Shown here piece by piece: positions 21,372 to 31,967 of a stretch of DNA of 64,000 nucleotides. The DNA is from an uncultured bacterium. Lineage in GTDB: Bacteria > Babelota > Babeliae > Babelales > Vermiphilaceae. The notes under the pieces are model-generated. The model saw only the letters and a program-made list of their open reading frames with translations, made no database searches and was not told where the DNA came from. Position numbers and translations under genes: made by a program. The stretch lies in NCBI GenBank assembly GCA_963707655.1, contig OY970172.1, forward strand, positions 128,001-192,000. Reading direction: 5' to 3'. Numbering within the stretch: position 1 is the stretch's first letter; every line of letters begins with the position of its first letter.

Positions 21372-22295
21372 ATGAGCTTTACATCAGTAGCCCGCAGTGT
21401 AGCATTATGCGGATTAATCACGTGCGCTTCATATGGCAATGAATCTCTTAATGAGCCAACAGTATTAGGCAATGTCTTGGGCTCCATTGGCACATCACTA
21501 CCCATTAGATTATTTAGTATCTATATTCATGCTAACGTTAGCTCTGTAAAAAAATACTTCTATACGTTTCGCTGCAAACTTACTGATGAGTTGGCGAGTA
21601 ACCAGTATCAAGAATGGCTCAAAGAGGCACATGTTACAATGGCAATTCCCCTCATAGAGCAAAAACCGGTAAAAATACTCTGTGATAATGACGTACCCGA
21701 AGACAATGATCATAGTGTTATTGGATGTTGTTCTTCAAGGGATATGTATCTTAATGAATCAACATTAAAGTCTATGTCCATTGGCGCACAACGGTGCACA
21801 GTATTTCATGAAGCTGTTCACCGTAAATATCACGATGATGCCGTTACAGATCTCGCCGTGTGCGCTTGTTATTTGGCGGGATCATTGAGTGTATGCAAGG
21901 CAGCACATTATATAAGATCGTGCAGAACTTTTCGATCCTTAGCATTGGGTATGGGTGCAGGAGCTTTATCGGCCGTTATAACATCAATCGCAGCCCCAAA
22001 AATAAAGAGGTTTCTAATAAATTTTTGTGAGCGCCGCGCAGATATAGAAGCGTTTTATTCATCTCAATGTTCAAAATGCGTAGAGGGATGCATAGATAAA
22101 GAGTTTAATGATGATGATGGGTCGAATGGGATGGGCTACTTGCAAGCGAGTGAATTGCGCGCCATAGCGCAAGAGTTACATGAGCATGATGCATTATGTA
22201 CTTGGCATAAGGTAGAAATCGACTCTTTTAGAAAAAAATATTTAAAAAGTCAGTCTTTTGCGCGCCCATATTATGGTGGACCAAAACCAAAATGA
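21372..22295 (+). CDS. Putative secreted or membrane M48-like zinc metalloprotease
   Basis: Leader peptide, HEAVH (HExxH), two hydrophobic helices, then ERRAD; CSKC and CTWH near the C-terminus. Confidence 0.55.
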   Translation: MSFTSVARSVALCGLITCASYGNESLNEPTVLGNVLGSIGTSLPIRLFSIYIHANVSSVKKYFYTFRCKLTDELASNQYQEWLKEAHVTMAIPLIEQKPVKILCDNDVPEDNDHSVIGCCSSRDMYLNESTLKSMSIGAQRCTVFHEAVHRKYHDDAVTDLAVCACYLAGSLSVCKAAHYIRSCRTFRSLALGMGAGALSAVITSIAAPKIKRFLINFCERRADIEAFYSSQCSKCVEGCIDKEFNDDDGSNGMGYLQASELRAIAQELHEHDALCTWHKVEIDSFRKKYLKSQSFARPYYGGPKPK

Positions 22296-22335
22296 TAGGC
22301 CTTTAGCCTAATATCTCATTGGTATCAGCATTATA

Positions 22336-22395
22336 GTATTCAACAATAAAAAAGGGTCGGCATTTTTGTGCCGACCCTTTTTTATTGTTGAATAC
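22336..22395. terminator. Bidirectional terminator; perfect 27-bp inverted repeat
   Basis: GTATTCAACAATAAAAAAGGGTCGGCA-TTTTTG-TGCCGACCCTTTTTTATTGTTGAATAC between convergent genes. Confidence 0.85.
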
Positions 22396-22401
22396 GGTCA
22401 A

Positions 22402-23070
22402 TTACCGATTGAAGTAGGTAACAATTTTTTCACTTTTAACGATGGTCATTATTCCGGCTGCGAAAGTAGCAAGGCCTGCGCCGCTTTGGATTATGCCTTT
22501 GGTTATCGGGTGAGAAAGAATTTTTGCGCAACGGCCAAAAAATGTTTTATTTTCTTGACCTTGGTCTTGCACGGCTTGAGCGGTACACGCTTGCTGAATT
22601 CCTTTAACAAACATCCATGCGCCCCCGCCACAGCACATAAGGCCCGCACAGTTTAAAGCAGCTGTTTTTATGAGATGTGGTAATGAGTGAGTAATGGTTG
22701 TTGAAAATCTATTTAACGAGCCGTCTATGTTGGATGAAAATTGATTTGCTATAGTGCCTACAGATGCTACCTGTCTGGTGAGTGCCTGATTAGCGGCCGA
22801 TACTGTTTGAGCGGCAGTGTTTTGCAGACTTCCTGTTGCTTCTGCAATGGAATTTCCTGCGTTGGCAAGGGAATTACCCGCCTGTTGTAAGGTGCTTTCC
22901 ACGCCTGAGATTGCTTGTAATGTATTTTTATCTAATCCGATCCCGAATTTTCCGGGAAGCTTAATTGTGGGAATTACCGTCTGCGGGAAATCATCATGAT
23001 CCATAGCTAGGGTGAAGCTTGATACTAAAACCATTAATCCCATTATATATTTTATTGAATTTTTCTTCAT
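22402..23070 (-). CDS. Secreted hypothetical protein (AMD start) with two C-terminal Gly-rich hydrophobic helices
   Basis: MKKNSIKYIMGLMVLVSSFTLA|MD; A/N/S/Q-rich heptad region; GGAGG RBS. Confidence 0.7.
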   Translation of the reverse strand: MKKNSIKYIMGLMVLVSSFTLAMDHDDFPQTVIPTIKLPGKFGIGLDKNTLQAISGVESTLQQAGNSLANAGNSIAEATGSLQNTAAQTVSAANQALTRQVASVGTIANQFSSNIDGSLNRFSTTITHSLPHLIKTAALNCAGLMCCGGGAWMFVKGIQQACTAQAVQDQGQENKTFFGRCAKILSHPITKGIIQSGAGLATFAAGIMTIVKSEKIVTYFNR

Positions 23071-23106
23071 GAAAATACCTCCATTGATTTTTTATTGTTA
23101 TCATTA

Positions 23107-23135
23107 AGTATAAACAATTCATTAAAAATTGCCAA
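23107..23135 (-). promoter_or_regulatory. Putative sigma70 promoter
   Basis: Minus strand TTGGCA-17 nt-TATACT upstream of 22402..23070. Confidence 0.45.
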
Positions 23136-23176
23136 TCTGAAAATTTTATGGAGATAGGGAAAGTGGGGAAAAGGGC

Positions 23177-23548
23177 TTATTTGCTGACGAGATCGAGCAT
23201 TGTGTCGCTGTGTCTTATGCCGAGGTACCCGGTGAGTGTGATGAGTGCTCCCGTTGTTATGTATAGGATCGATGCTGCATTAAGCTGGACTCCGGTTGGC
23301 TGTTGATCTTTGTCTTTAGTTATCGCAGCGTCTATCCCTTTGCATATCAACGCTATGCCACAAAACCCCGCGCCGGCGGATACGGCATTGAGTGCGCTGT
23401 GTTTAGAAATTATTTCTACCTTGTGAAGAGTTTCTGGTTGCGAATATTCGAGCCAACCGAATTTTCCTTTTTTTTCCTCGGTCTGTGCAGGTGAAAGAGG
23501 AGTGGCTGTTAAAAGGAGCGTGAAAGTCAGTATCTGATATGTATTCAT
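23177..23548 (-). CDS. Secreted hypothetical protein with two hydrophobic helices; probable paralog of 22402..23070
   Basis: Signal peptide; LN...G......KGI..A helix shared with the neighbour. Confidence 0.65.
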   Translation of the reverse strand: MNTYQILTFTLLLTATPLSPAQTEEKKGKFGWLEYSQPETLHKVEIISKHSALNAVSAGAGFCGIALICKGIDAAITKDKDQQPTGVQLNAASILYITTGALITLTGYLGIRHSDTMLDLVSK

Positions 23549-23628
23549 GAATATTCCTTGAATAAAAACAGCGTTGGTTTTTCTGTAAAGTAATACTTTA
23601 TTGTTTAAAAAGCAAATGAGCGAGATCT

Positions 23629-25209
23629 TTATTTGCCAATACGATTACCTATAAAAAGTAATATAATGCATGATGTGATGCCGCTTGCCAACGCAGCGCA
23701 TGCCGTTGCTAGCACACCGTAGGGGGCGACGAATCCTGCCACTAAAAAAGCGATTAACGAGGCAATGATTGCCGGTAGGGCATAGAAAAATTGTGTGTAT
23801 ACATGGTCCAAGGGATAACAGCCGGCGCTGGTAGACGCCATTATGGTCGTTTCTGAAATTGGTGAAATATGGTCACCGCAGACCGCTCCCGAAAACACTG
23901 CACCAAGAAGAGGAAATAGCAGTGGGATTTGCTCTGGATACGCAGATGTCGTTTGAAGCAGCGTGGTTATCAATTGAATTGTTATAGGGAGCATGAGTGC
24001 GATGGTACCCCAGGAAGTGCCGGTAATTATTGCGACAATTGCCGAGATGATAAAAATCATGCAAGGCAAAAAGTGAAGAGCAGTTGTCCCATGGATAATA
24101 TCAGCCAGATAAACCCCGACCTGAAGATCTTGCTTAAATAGTGTCCCCAGAAGAGAAGCGAGAAAGAGCGTTATGATTGCACCGCGCATGAGCTCAAAGC
24201 CTTGTGCAAAAATAGTTTTCAGGTGAGATATGTGCAACGTTTTTCTGAAATAAAAGAAAACAATAGAAAAAAGAAGAGTAAAGCTAGAGGCAACAAAGAA
24301 GACAAAGAATGTGCTTGTGTTGTTTCTCAACGCATTTAAGAAGCCATTGGTTCCGCCAAATAATGTATACCCTCCCATGAAGAGGAGTCCAAAAAAGACA
24401 GAGAAAATAAGCAGTGCTAAAGGCAAAAGAAGATCAATTACGGTGCCGCGAGAGCCTTCATGCATAGCGAGGTGTTGAGCTATAGGATTTTTCCCGCCAA
24501 AAAGATTGTCTGTTTGTGCGGCTATTTTTTCTTGCGTATGCATGGGACCATAAGAAATTTTCATCCGTACAATACAATAGACTGAAATAATCATAAAAAT
24601 CGAGTAAAAAATAAAAGGTATAGTAGCCAGGTAGATAAAGAAAGGGTCAGCAATGACGCGAGCCGATGGGTTGTCTATGCTGACACCGGCTAGGTCGAGC
24701 TGGCCTGTGATCATGGCGACCCAGCTTGAGACAGGGACCAGAATGACCAGGGGGCTACTGAATGAGTGTATCAAAAAAGCGAGTTTGGCGCGGGGTATGT
24801 GAAAACGATCGGTGAGGGGGCGTATGACGTAACCCACGGTTAGATTACTCAGATAGTCATCTATAAATAAAAGAGCGGATATGCCGAGCGATGCGGTTTC
24901 TACCGATCGGGCGCTGCGTAATCGTTTCGTTATTTCATTGGCAAATGCCCTGGCTCCGCCGGTATAACCCAGCAGTATGATAAGAGTGCCTATAATTATC
25001 AAAAAAGAATACATATAGAGGTAGTCTATAGTGCAAATCTGATCGATGCAGCGTTGTGCTATCAAGCTTACTGTTTTGGAAAGTGAACAGTCGGTGCTAA
25101 CGCATGCGGCGCTCAATACTCCTATCATAAGCGCTCTATTAAGGCTTTGAGTGATAAGTACGGTGCCGAGAACGAAGAATGGAGGAACTAAGACAAGCCA
25201 ACTCTGCAT
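23629..25209 (-). CDS. NhaC-family Na+/H+ antiporter or amino-acid transporter
   Basis: FIDDY, PVSSW, TGTSWGT, GAVCGDHISPISETTIMAS; multiple TM helices. Confidence 0.88.
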   Translation of the reverse strand: MQSWLVLVPPFFVLGTVLITQSLNRALMIGVLSAACVSTDCSLSKTVSLIAQRCIDQICTIDYLYMYSFLIIIGTLIILLGYTGGARAFANEITKRLRSARSVETASLGISALLFIDDYLSNLTVGYVIRPLTDRFHIPRAKLAFLIHSFSSPLVILVPVSSWVAMITGQLDLAGVSIDNPSARVIADPFFIYLATIPFIFYSIFMIISVYCIVRMKISYGPMHTQEKIAAQTDNLFGGKNPIAQHLAMHEGSRGTVIDLLLPLALLIFSVFFGLLFMGGYTLFGGTNGFLNALRNNTSTFFVFFVASSFTLLFSIVFFYFRKTLHISHLKTIFAQGFELMRGAIITLFLASLLGTLFKQDLQVGVYLADIIHGTTALHFLPCMIFIISAIVAIITGTSWGTIALMLPITIQLITTLLQTTSAYPEQIPLLFPLLGAVFSGAVCGDHISPISETTIMASTSAGCYPLDHVYTQFFYALPAIIASLIAFLVAGFVAPYGVLATACAALASGITSCIILLFIGNRIGK

Positions 25210-25329
25210 AAAATCCTTAAAGCCTTTATTTGTATGACATATTCATTCATTAGAGATTACAAATATATAGTTTGGGCAAAATAAACTCAATAAAAGGGGA
25301 ATATTTTCAAAAATTTCTTTTTTGTCTGT

Positions 25330-25358
25330 TTGACCAAAGCCTGTTTTTGCTTTAAATT
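25330..25358 (+). promoter_or_regulatory. Putative sigma70 promoter of rplM
   Basis: TTGACC-17 nt-TAAATT. Confidence 0.4.
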
Positions 25359-25424
25359 AAACAATGTTCCGTTCGTTATTTTTTGATAATTACAAATAAA
25401 TTCAGATTAAAGGGTTGTTTCCCC

Positions 25425-25850
25425 ATGGACATGAATAGAATATTTTTCTTGCGTAAAGAAGATAAAGCACCAAAATGGCATTTGATCGATGCTGAAGGTG
25501 AAGTGCTTGGACGCTTAGCAACCAAAGTGGCTAATATATTGCGTGGTAAAGATAAACCACAATATACCCCCCATGCTGACGCTGGCGATTACGTGGTTAT
25601 CATCAATGCAGATAAGATTGTATTGACCGGTAATAAGTGGGAAGGCAAGATTTATGACCGTTACACTGGTTGGATGGGTGGCTATAAAGTTACCACAGCT
25701 CGTGATTTGATGGCAAAACACCCGACTCGCATCGTAGAAAAAGCTATCACCGGGATGCTACCTAAGAACAAGCTTAATCGTGAATTGAGCAAAAAATTAA
25801 AAGTCTATGCCGGTGCAGAGCATCCGCATAAAGCGCAAATAGCAAAATAA
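25425..25850 (+). CDS. rplM: 50S ribosomal protein L13
   Basis: WHLIDA..LGRLA..LRGKDKP.YTPH..GDYV, GMLPKN, HPHKAQ. Confidence 0.95.
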   Translation: MDMNRIFFLRKEDKAPKWHLIDAEGEVLGRLATKVANILRGKDKPQYTPHADAGDYVVIINADKIVLTGNKWEGKIYDRYTGWMGGYKVTTARDLMAKHPTRIVEKAITGMLPKNKLNRELSKKLKVYAGAEHPHKAQIAK

Positions 25851-25876
25851 GCGCTGCTTTTATAGATTTTAAAATT

Positions 25877-25910
25877 AAATAGGGTGATCAATTGATCACC
25901 CTATTTTTTT
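25877..25910. terminator. Bidirectional terminator (30-nt perfect palindrome)
   Basis: AAATAGGGTGATCAATTGATCACCCTATTT followed by a T-tract, between convergent rplM and rseP. Confidence 0.8.
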
Positions 25911-25930
25911 GCTGAAAAAGAATCCCGTAA

Positions 25931-27118
25931 TTATTTCGAGTATTTTGAAAAGAATGATTTCATGCATGAAGCGATTCCATTAAAGCTTATTCCGCACGAT
26001 TCAAGAATGCGAATAATGTCTTTATAGCAGAGATAGATGAACAAAAACCCAAAGATTATCCATGTTCCAATAAAGATACCTTCTCGAACGCGATTTGGTA
26101 TTGAGCGACCGATCAGGGCTTCAATGGCATAGAAAAGAATTTGACCGCCATCAAGGATGGGGAGTGGAATGAGGTTTAAAATAGCCAGATTAATGCTGAT
26201 AATGGCCAAGAATATGATAAAATTAGCAAATCCTGAGCGGCTTTCTTTGCCCGAGACTGACATGATCATTAATGGGCCGGCCATTGAGCTGACATCGAAT
26301 TGAGTAAAGATATGCTTGAATGAAGCAAAGGTGCCATAAATATATTTATTGGCTAACTCTATGCCATTGCGGATTGCGCTCATGAGCGGCATGGGGGCAA
26401 GTGGAGCAGCTTGTAATACAATACCCGCATAGCCCGTTTCTTTACCCATTACATTTTTGGCGGCCGGCATAAATGCTACATTTTTCTCTTCGCCATTTCT
26501 TTCTATTGTTAAAACAAGGGGTTTGCCAGCCGAATTGGCGATCTCACTATAAAGAAGGGGGGCGGTTTCAAAAATTTTACCGTTATACGATATGATTTTA
26601 TCCCCTTCAAGCAATCCGGCTTGCTGGGCAGGGCTTTCTTTTTCCACCATTTCAACCACTGGAGTTGCATATAAGGGGTAGGTAAAGCGGGATTGTGGCA
26701 TTCCTGTCATAAAAATGATAATAAAGGCTACATAGGCAAAAAAGAGATTAAAAAGAATGCCGCCACTCATAATAAGAAATTTTTGATAAAAGGGCTTGGC
26801 GGTAAATGAAAAGCGCGAGCGGCTGTTTTTGTGGCCTTCCTGCGTGTCCCCCATACCGGTCATCTGTACGTAACCACCCAAGGGGATAGCGGACAATGAA
26901 AATTCGGTTCCGCCTATTTTTTTCGCTAAAAGGCGCGGTCCGAATCCTATAGAAAAGGCTGGTGTGTCGACTCTAAAAAGTTTGGCAAAGAGAAAATGAC
27001 CCAATTCATGGAATCCGATTAAAAATCCTATGCCGAGTATGCCGGCAAGCATCCCAAATGTTCCTGTTACATGTGCGCCAATGTTGGGCAAAAAGGCTAA
27101 TAGCTTGGAAAATATCAT
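25931..27118 (-). CDS. rseP: RIP metalloprotease RseP (M50 family, one PDZ domain)
   Basis: HELGH, FSIGFGP, AIPLGGYV, SPAQQAGL..GD, NLIPLPILDGG. Confidence 0.92.
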   Translation of the reverse strand: MIFSKLLAFLPNIGAHVTGTFGMLAGILGIGFLIGFHELGHFLFAKLFRVDTPAFSIGFGPRLLAKKIGGTEFSLSAIPLGGYVQMTGMGDTQEGHKNSRSRFSFTAKPFYQKFLIMSGGILFNLFFAYVAFIIIFMTGMPQSRFTYPLYATPVVEMVEKESPAQQAGLLEGDKIISYNGKIFETAPLLYSEIANSAGKPLVLTIERNGEEKNVAFMPAAKNVMGKETGYAGIVLQAAPLAPMPLMSAIRNGIELANKYIYGTFASFKHIFTQFDVSSMAGPLMIMSVSGKESRSGFANFIIFLAIISINLAILNLIPLPILDGGQILFYAIEALIGRSIPNRVREGIFIGTWIIFGFLFIYLCYKDIIRILESCGISFNGIASCMKSFFSKYSK

Positions 27119-27444
27119 AACGACGAACTCCTGGATAAGAAAAATACTATTTGTTTGACGCAAGATAAGGTATCATAGTTCTTTTGCCCCGTCCACGAAT
27201 GAAGATAAAATATAGGAATCGTACGATACTGTCGGCATTGCGGCGTGGTTAGGCAGAATGTTGGCCAAGCTTGCTTGCAACAATAAAGCTGAAAATGCGT
27301 TTTTTATCTGATTGTTCTTGAAAAAATTATCAAAAAGGGTAAAATACTTACTAACCCTTGTCATATAGTTTTTGGTGGTTGTAAAGCAAGTTTTTAAGTT
27401 TTGCAAAAAAATTATCACCCTTTTAATTTTAGGAATGTTTTAAT

Positions 27445-27817
27445 ATGCCTACGATAAATCAGCTTTCTCGATTTGGCAGACAGCAAGAAAAGGAAAAGTC
27501 GAAAAGCCCAGCGCTTAAAGGATCTCCTCAGGCTCGTGGTGTTTGTACTCGCGTGTTTACCCAAACCCCTAAAAAGCCAAACTCCGCGTTGCGTAAAGTA
27601 GCCCGTGTTAAGCTTTCAACAGGAATTGAAGTAACTGCATACATACCCGGTGAAGGACACAATCTTCAAGAACACTCTGTGGTGCTTGTACGTGGTGGTA
27701 AGCGTTCCAGATTTACCAGGTGTTAAGTATCACATCGTGCGTGGAGCACTTGATGCTGGTGGTGTTGAAAAGAGAAGACAAGGCCGTTCGTTGTATGGCG
27801 CTAAACGTCCCAAATAA
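27445..27817 (+). CDS. rpsL: 30S ribosomal protein S12 (one indel near 27700, probable sequencing error)
   Basis: [28 protein letters not shown]; the shifted frame continues [12 protein letters not shown]...YGAKRPK*. Confidence 0.93.
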
Positions 27818-27828
27818 AAGGTTAGAAT

Positions 27829-28311
27829 ATGCCTAGACGTAAAACACAAAATCAAAAAAGAGCAATCGGCGTTGACCCTATTTATGGCTCCGATTTAGTT
27901 CAAAAATTAATTAACGTAATTATGAAGGGCGGCAAAAAGAACGTTGCGCGCACCATAGTTTACGATGCCTTAAATGTTTTAATTAAGAAGAATCAGGGCG
28001 ATCAAGAAAAAGCTATCCAGTTTTTTAACAAGTCTTTTGAAAAACTAGTTCCTTTGATTGAGGTTAAACCGCGCCGTGTTGGCGGTAGTGTTTACCAAAT
28101 CCCGGTGGAAGTAAGTTTTGACCGTGGTCGTGCCTTGGCACTTCGTTGGTTGATTCAAGCGGCGGCGTCTCGATCAGATAAAACTATGGGATCTCGTCTT
28201 GCTTATGAAATTTTAGATGCCTATGACGGGCGCGGTGGTGCGGTAAAAAAACGATCTGACGTTCACAAAATGGCAGAATCAAATAGAGCTTTCTCTCATT
28301 TTGCTTGGTAA
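27829..28311 (+). CDS. rpsG: 30S ribosomal protein S7
   Basis: RRVGGSVYQIPVEV, HKMAESNRAFSHF. Confidence 0.95.
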   Translation: MPRRKTQNQKRAIGVDPIYGSDLVQKLINVIMKGGKKNVARTIVYDALNVLIKKNQGDQEKAIQFFNKSFEKLVPLIEVKPRRVGGSVYQIPVEVSFDRGRALALRWLIQAAASRSDKTMGSRLAYEILDAYDGRGGAVKKRSDVHKMAESNRAFSHFAW

Positions 28312-28326
28312 TAAGGGTTTGTAATA

Positions 28327-30396
28327 ATGAGTATTCCATTAAGAAAATATAGAAATATTGGTATCGCCGCTCACATTGACGCGGGAAAGACAACGGTTAC
28401 TGAACGTATTTTTTTTTATACCGGTGTTTCTCACAAGATTGGTGAGGTTCACGAGGGTGAAGCTACCATGGACTGGATGGAGCAAGAGCGCGAGCGTGGT
28501 ATTACCATTCAATCAGCGGCAATTACTTGTTTCTGGAAAGATTATCATATTAATATTATCGATACTCCAGGACACGTTGATTTTACCATCGAAGTTGAGC
28601 GTTCATTGCGCGTTCTTGATGGTGTAGTTGCGGTTTTTGTGGCGTTGAAGGGGTTCAGCCTCAGTCAGAAACGGTATGGCGTCAAGCTAATCGTTATAAG
28701 GTTCCTCGTATTATTTTTGTTAACAAGCTTGATCGCGTCGGTGCAGATTTTCTCGCGTTATTGATGATGTTAACGATAAATTGAGGGCTAATGCTGTTCC
28801 GATGCAAGTCCAAGTGGGATTGTCTGAGAATTTTACCGGTATTATCGATGTGTTGACCCGTAAAATGGCAACTTTTGGTGGTGATCTTGGTACAGAAGTA
28901 ATTTGGTCTGAGGTTCCTGATGAATACACTGAGCGCGTAGAGCAATGCATACAACAGAATTGTAGAAGCAGCATGCGATGTTGATGATCGTCTTGCCGAT
29001 AAATTTTTAAATGAAGAGCCTATCACGGTAGAAGAAATTAAAACAGCTATTCGTAAAGGAATCATAGATCATTAAATTGGTTCCGGCATTTTGCGGAACA
29101 GCCTTTAAGAATAAGGGTGTTCAGCTCATGCTTGATGGTGTGGTTGATTATCTTCCGTCCCCGCTTGATGTTCCGCCTATTGAAGGAACTATACCGGGAA
29201 CTGATAAAAAAATTGCTATTCCTTCAGATCCAAATGGTCCATTTTGCGCTTTAGCATTCAAAATTATGACCGATCCTTTTGTCGGTGTTTTGAACTTTAT
29301 TCGTGTGTATTCAGGTGAATTGCGTGCTGGTTCATATGTGGTAAATGCGCGCACACGTTCTAAAGAGCGTGTAAGTCGTTTCGTGAAAATGCACTGCTAA
29401 TAAGCGTGAAGAAATTGATGTAGTTCGTGCAGGCGATATTGCGGCAGTTATTGGGGTAAAAGATACTATTACTGGTGATACGTTGTGTGATGAAAAAAAT
29501 CTTGTTTTGCTTGAGTCTATTAATGTCCCGGCTCCTGTTATTTCAACTTCTGTTGAGCCAAAAAACAAGGCTGATTATGAAAAAATGGTGTTGTCGCTTA
29601 CGAAAGATGATGCAAGAAGATCCTTCATTCCAATTTACTTACGACGAAGAAACGGGACAAACGGTTATTCTGGTATGGGTGAGTTGCATCTTGAAATTGT
29701 TGTTGATCGTTTAAAGCGTGAACATAAAGTTGAAGTTGTTCAAGGTAAGCTGCAAGTTGCTTATAAAGAAACTATCCAAAAGCAGTTGAATGCAGAAGGT
29801 AAATATATTAAGCAATCTGGTGGTAAGGGTCAGTATGGCCATGTTTGGATCAAGTTTGAGCCTTTAGAGCGAGGTAAGGGCTTTGAGTTTGTGAACAAGA
29901 TTGTAGGTGGTTCTATTCCAAGAGAATTTATTCCTGCGGTACAAAAAGGTCTTGAGGAAGCAAAGTCTACTGGTGTTCTTGGCGGATATCCGGTGGTTGA
30001 TTTCAAGGCATCTTTATATGATGGTTCCTACCATGATGTTGATTCTTCTGAAGTTGGCATTCAAAATTGCTGCTTCAATGGCATTCAAAGAAGGGTTGTT
30101 GCAAAAGCGTCGCCTGTGTTGCTTGAGCCTATTATGAAAGTGGAAGTTGATACCCCAGAAGAATATATGGGTGATGTGATGGGTGATTTGAATTCGCGTC
30201 GTGGACGAATTCTCGGGATGGAAGCGCAAGGGTGATAAGCAAGATTATTAGCGCAGAAGTGCCATTGGGAGAGATGTTTGGTTATGCAACTGATCTTCGC
30301 TCGATGACTAAAGGCCGTGCGGGATATTCGATGGAATTTGAATGTTATCGCGAAGTTCCAAAGCATGTGCAAGATAGCATTATAGAAAAGAAATAG
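28327..30396 (+). CDS. fusA: Elongation factor G (split by multiple indels)
   Basis: [45 protein letters not shown] and [10 protein letters not shown] spread over several frames. Confidence 0.93.
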
Positions 30397-30435
30397 TATT
30401 TTAATTATATTATGTGTCAGTGAGAAGATTGATCA

Positions 30436-31635
30436 ATGGCACGAAATGTATTTGAGCGTAAAAAGCCTCACGTTAAATATTGGTACAATTGGTCACGTTG
30501 ACCATGGTAAAACAACTTTAACTGCTGCAATTACAAGCTATCTTGCCATCAAAGGGTATGGCTGAAGCTAGGGCGTTTGATCAAATTGATAATGCGCCAG
30601 AAGAAAAAGAGCGCGGTATTACTATTTCATACTTCTCACGTTGAATATGAAACAGCAAAACGTCACTATGCGCACGTTGACTGTCCTGGTCACGCTGACT
30701 ATGTAAAAAACATGATCACCGGTGCTGCACAGATGGATGGTGCAATTCTTGTTGTTTCCGCTGCAGATGGTGCGATGCCTCAAACTCGTGAACATATCGT
30801 TTTGGCGAAAAACGTTAACGTTCCTGCATTGGTTGTATTCCTTAACAAAGTTGATATGGTCGATGATCGCAGAAATGGTTGACATGGTTGAAGAAGAAAT
30901 CAGAGAACTGTTGAAGAAATATGATTTCCCTGGCGATACAATTCCCGTCATTCGTGGATCTGCCCTTAAAGCACTAAATGGCGATAAAGGTGAATTAGGT
31001 TACGAAGCAATGCAAAAATTGATGGATGCAGTTGATACCTATATTCCAGATACCAGTACGTGAAATCGATAAGCCATTCTTGATGCCAGTTGAAGGCGTA
31101 TTCTCAATTTCTGGTCGTGGTACTGTTGCTACCGGTAGAATTGAAACCGGTAAAGTTAAAGTTGGTGAAGAAGTTGAAATTATTGGATTTGGAAGCAAAT
31201 GCGAAAACAACCGTAACAGGCGTTGAAATGTTCAGAAAGATTACTGAACGAAGGTCAAGCTGGTGATAACGTTGGTCTTTTACTTCGTGGTATCAAAGAA
31301 AGAAGATGTTGAGCGTGGTATGGTTATTGCAAAACCGGTATCAATTACCCCTCACACGAAATTCAAATGCAAAGTTTATATTCTTACTAAAGAAGAAGGT
31401 GGACGTCATAGCTCCATTCTTCAATGGTTATCGTCCGCAATTCTATTTCAGAACAACAGACGTTACAGGTATGGTACCCTTGCCTGAAGGTCGTGAAATG
31501 GTTATGCCTGGTGATAACGTTGAATTAACTGTTGAATTGATTGCTCCAATAGCTATGGACAAAGACTTACGTTTTGCTATTCGTGAAGGTGGCAGAACAG
31601 TTGGTTCTGGTGTTGTTACTGAAATTATCAAATAA
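30436..31635 (+). CDS. tuf: Elongation factor Tu (split by multiple indels)
   Basis: GHVDHGKTT (read manually), [37 protein letters not shown]. Confidence 0.93.
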
Positions 31636-31647
31636 TTAGGTGAGTCG

Positions 31648-31952
31648 ATGAAAAAACAAAAAATACGTTTAACATTAAGATCATATGATCATCAATTGCT
31701 TGATAAAGCAGTTAAACAAATTGTTTTGACAGTAAAAAGAACAGGTTCCCAGTTAATGGGACCTGTTCCTATGCCTAATAAAAAGCGTTGTTTTACCGTA
31801 TTGCGTTCTCCGCACATTGATAAAAAATCACGCGAGCAGTTTGAATTAACAACTCATAGACGTATTTTAGATATTGTTTCACCTTCAGATCAAACGATGG
31901 ATGCCTTATGAAATTGAATATATCATCTGGTGTTGATGTTGAGATTAAGTAA
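31648..31952 (+). CDS. rpsJ: 30S ribosomal protein S10 (indel near the 3' end)
   Basis: KIRLTLRSYDH, LRSPHIDKKSREQFE; the shifted frame ends SGVDVEIK*. Confidence 0.93.
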
Positions 31953-31967
31953 GTGGAAGGTTATTCA

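Noticed and set aside
27170..27420. GC-richer patch and 81-aa ORF in the rseP/rpsL divergent spacer as an ncRNA or small gene
   Set aside because: Only weak G-U-rich pairing, no recognisable riboswitch or ncRNA motif, and the ORF has no protein-like features.
27690..27725. S12 reading SVPDLPG instead of RVKDLPG (streptomycin-related position)
   Set aside because: It lies directly on an indel, so the residues cannot be trusted.
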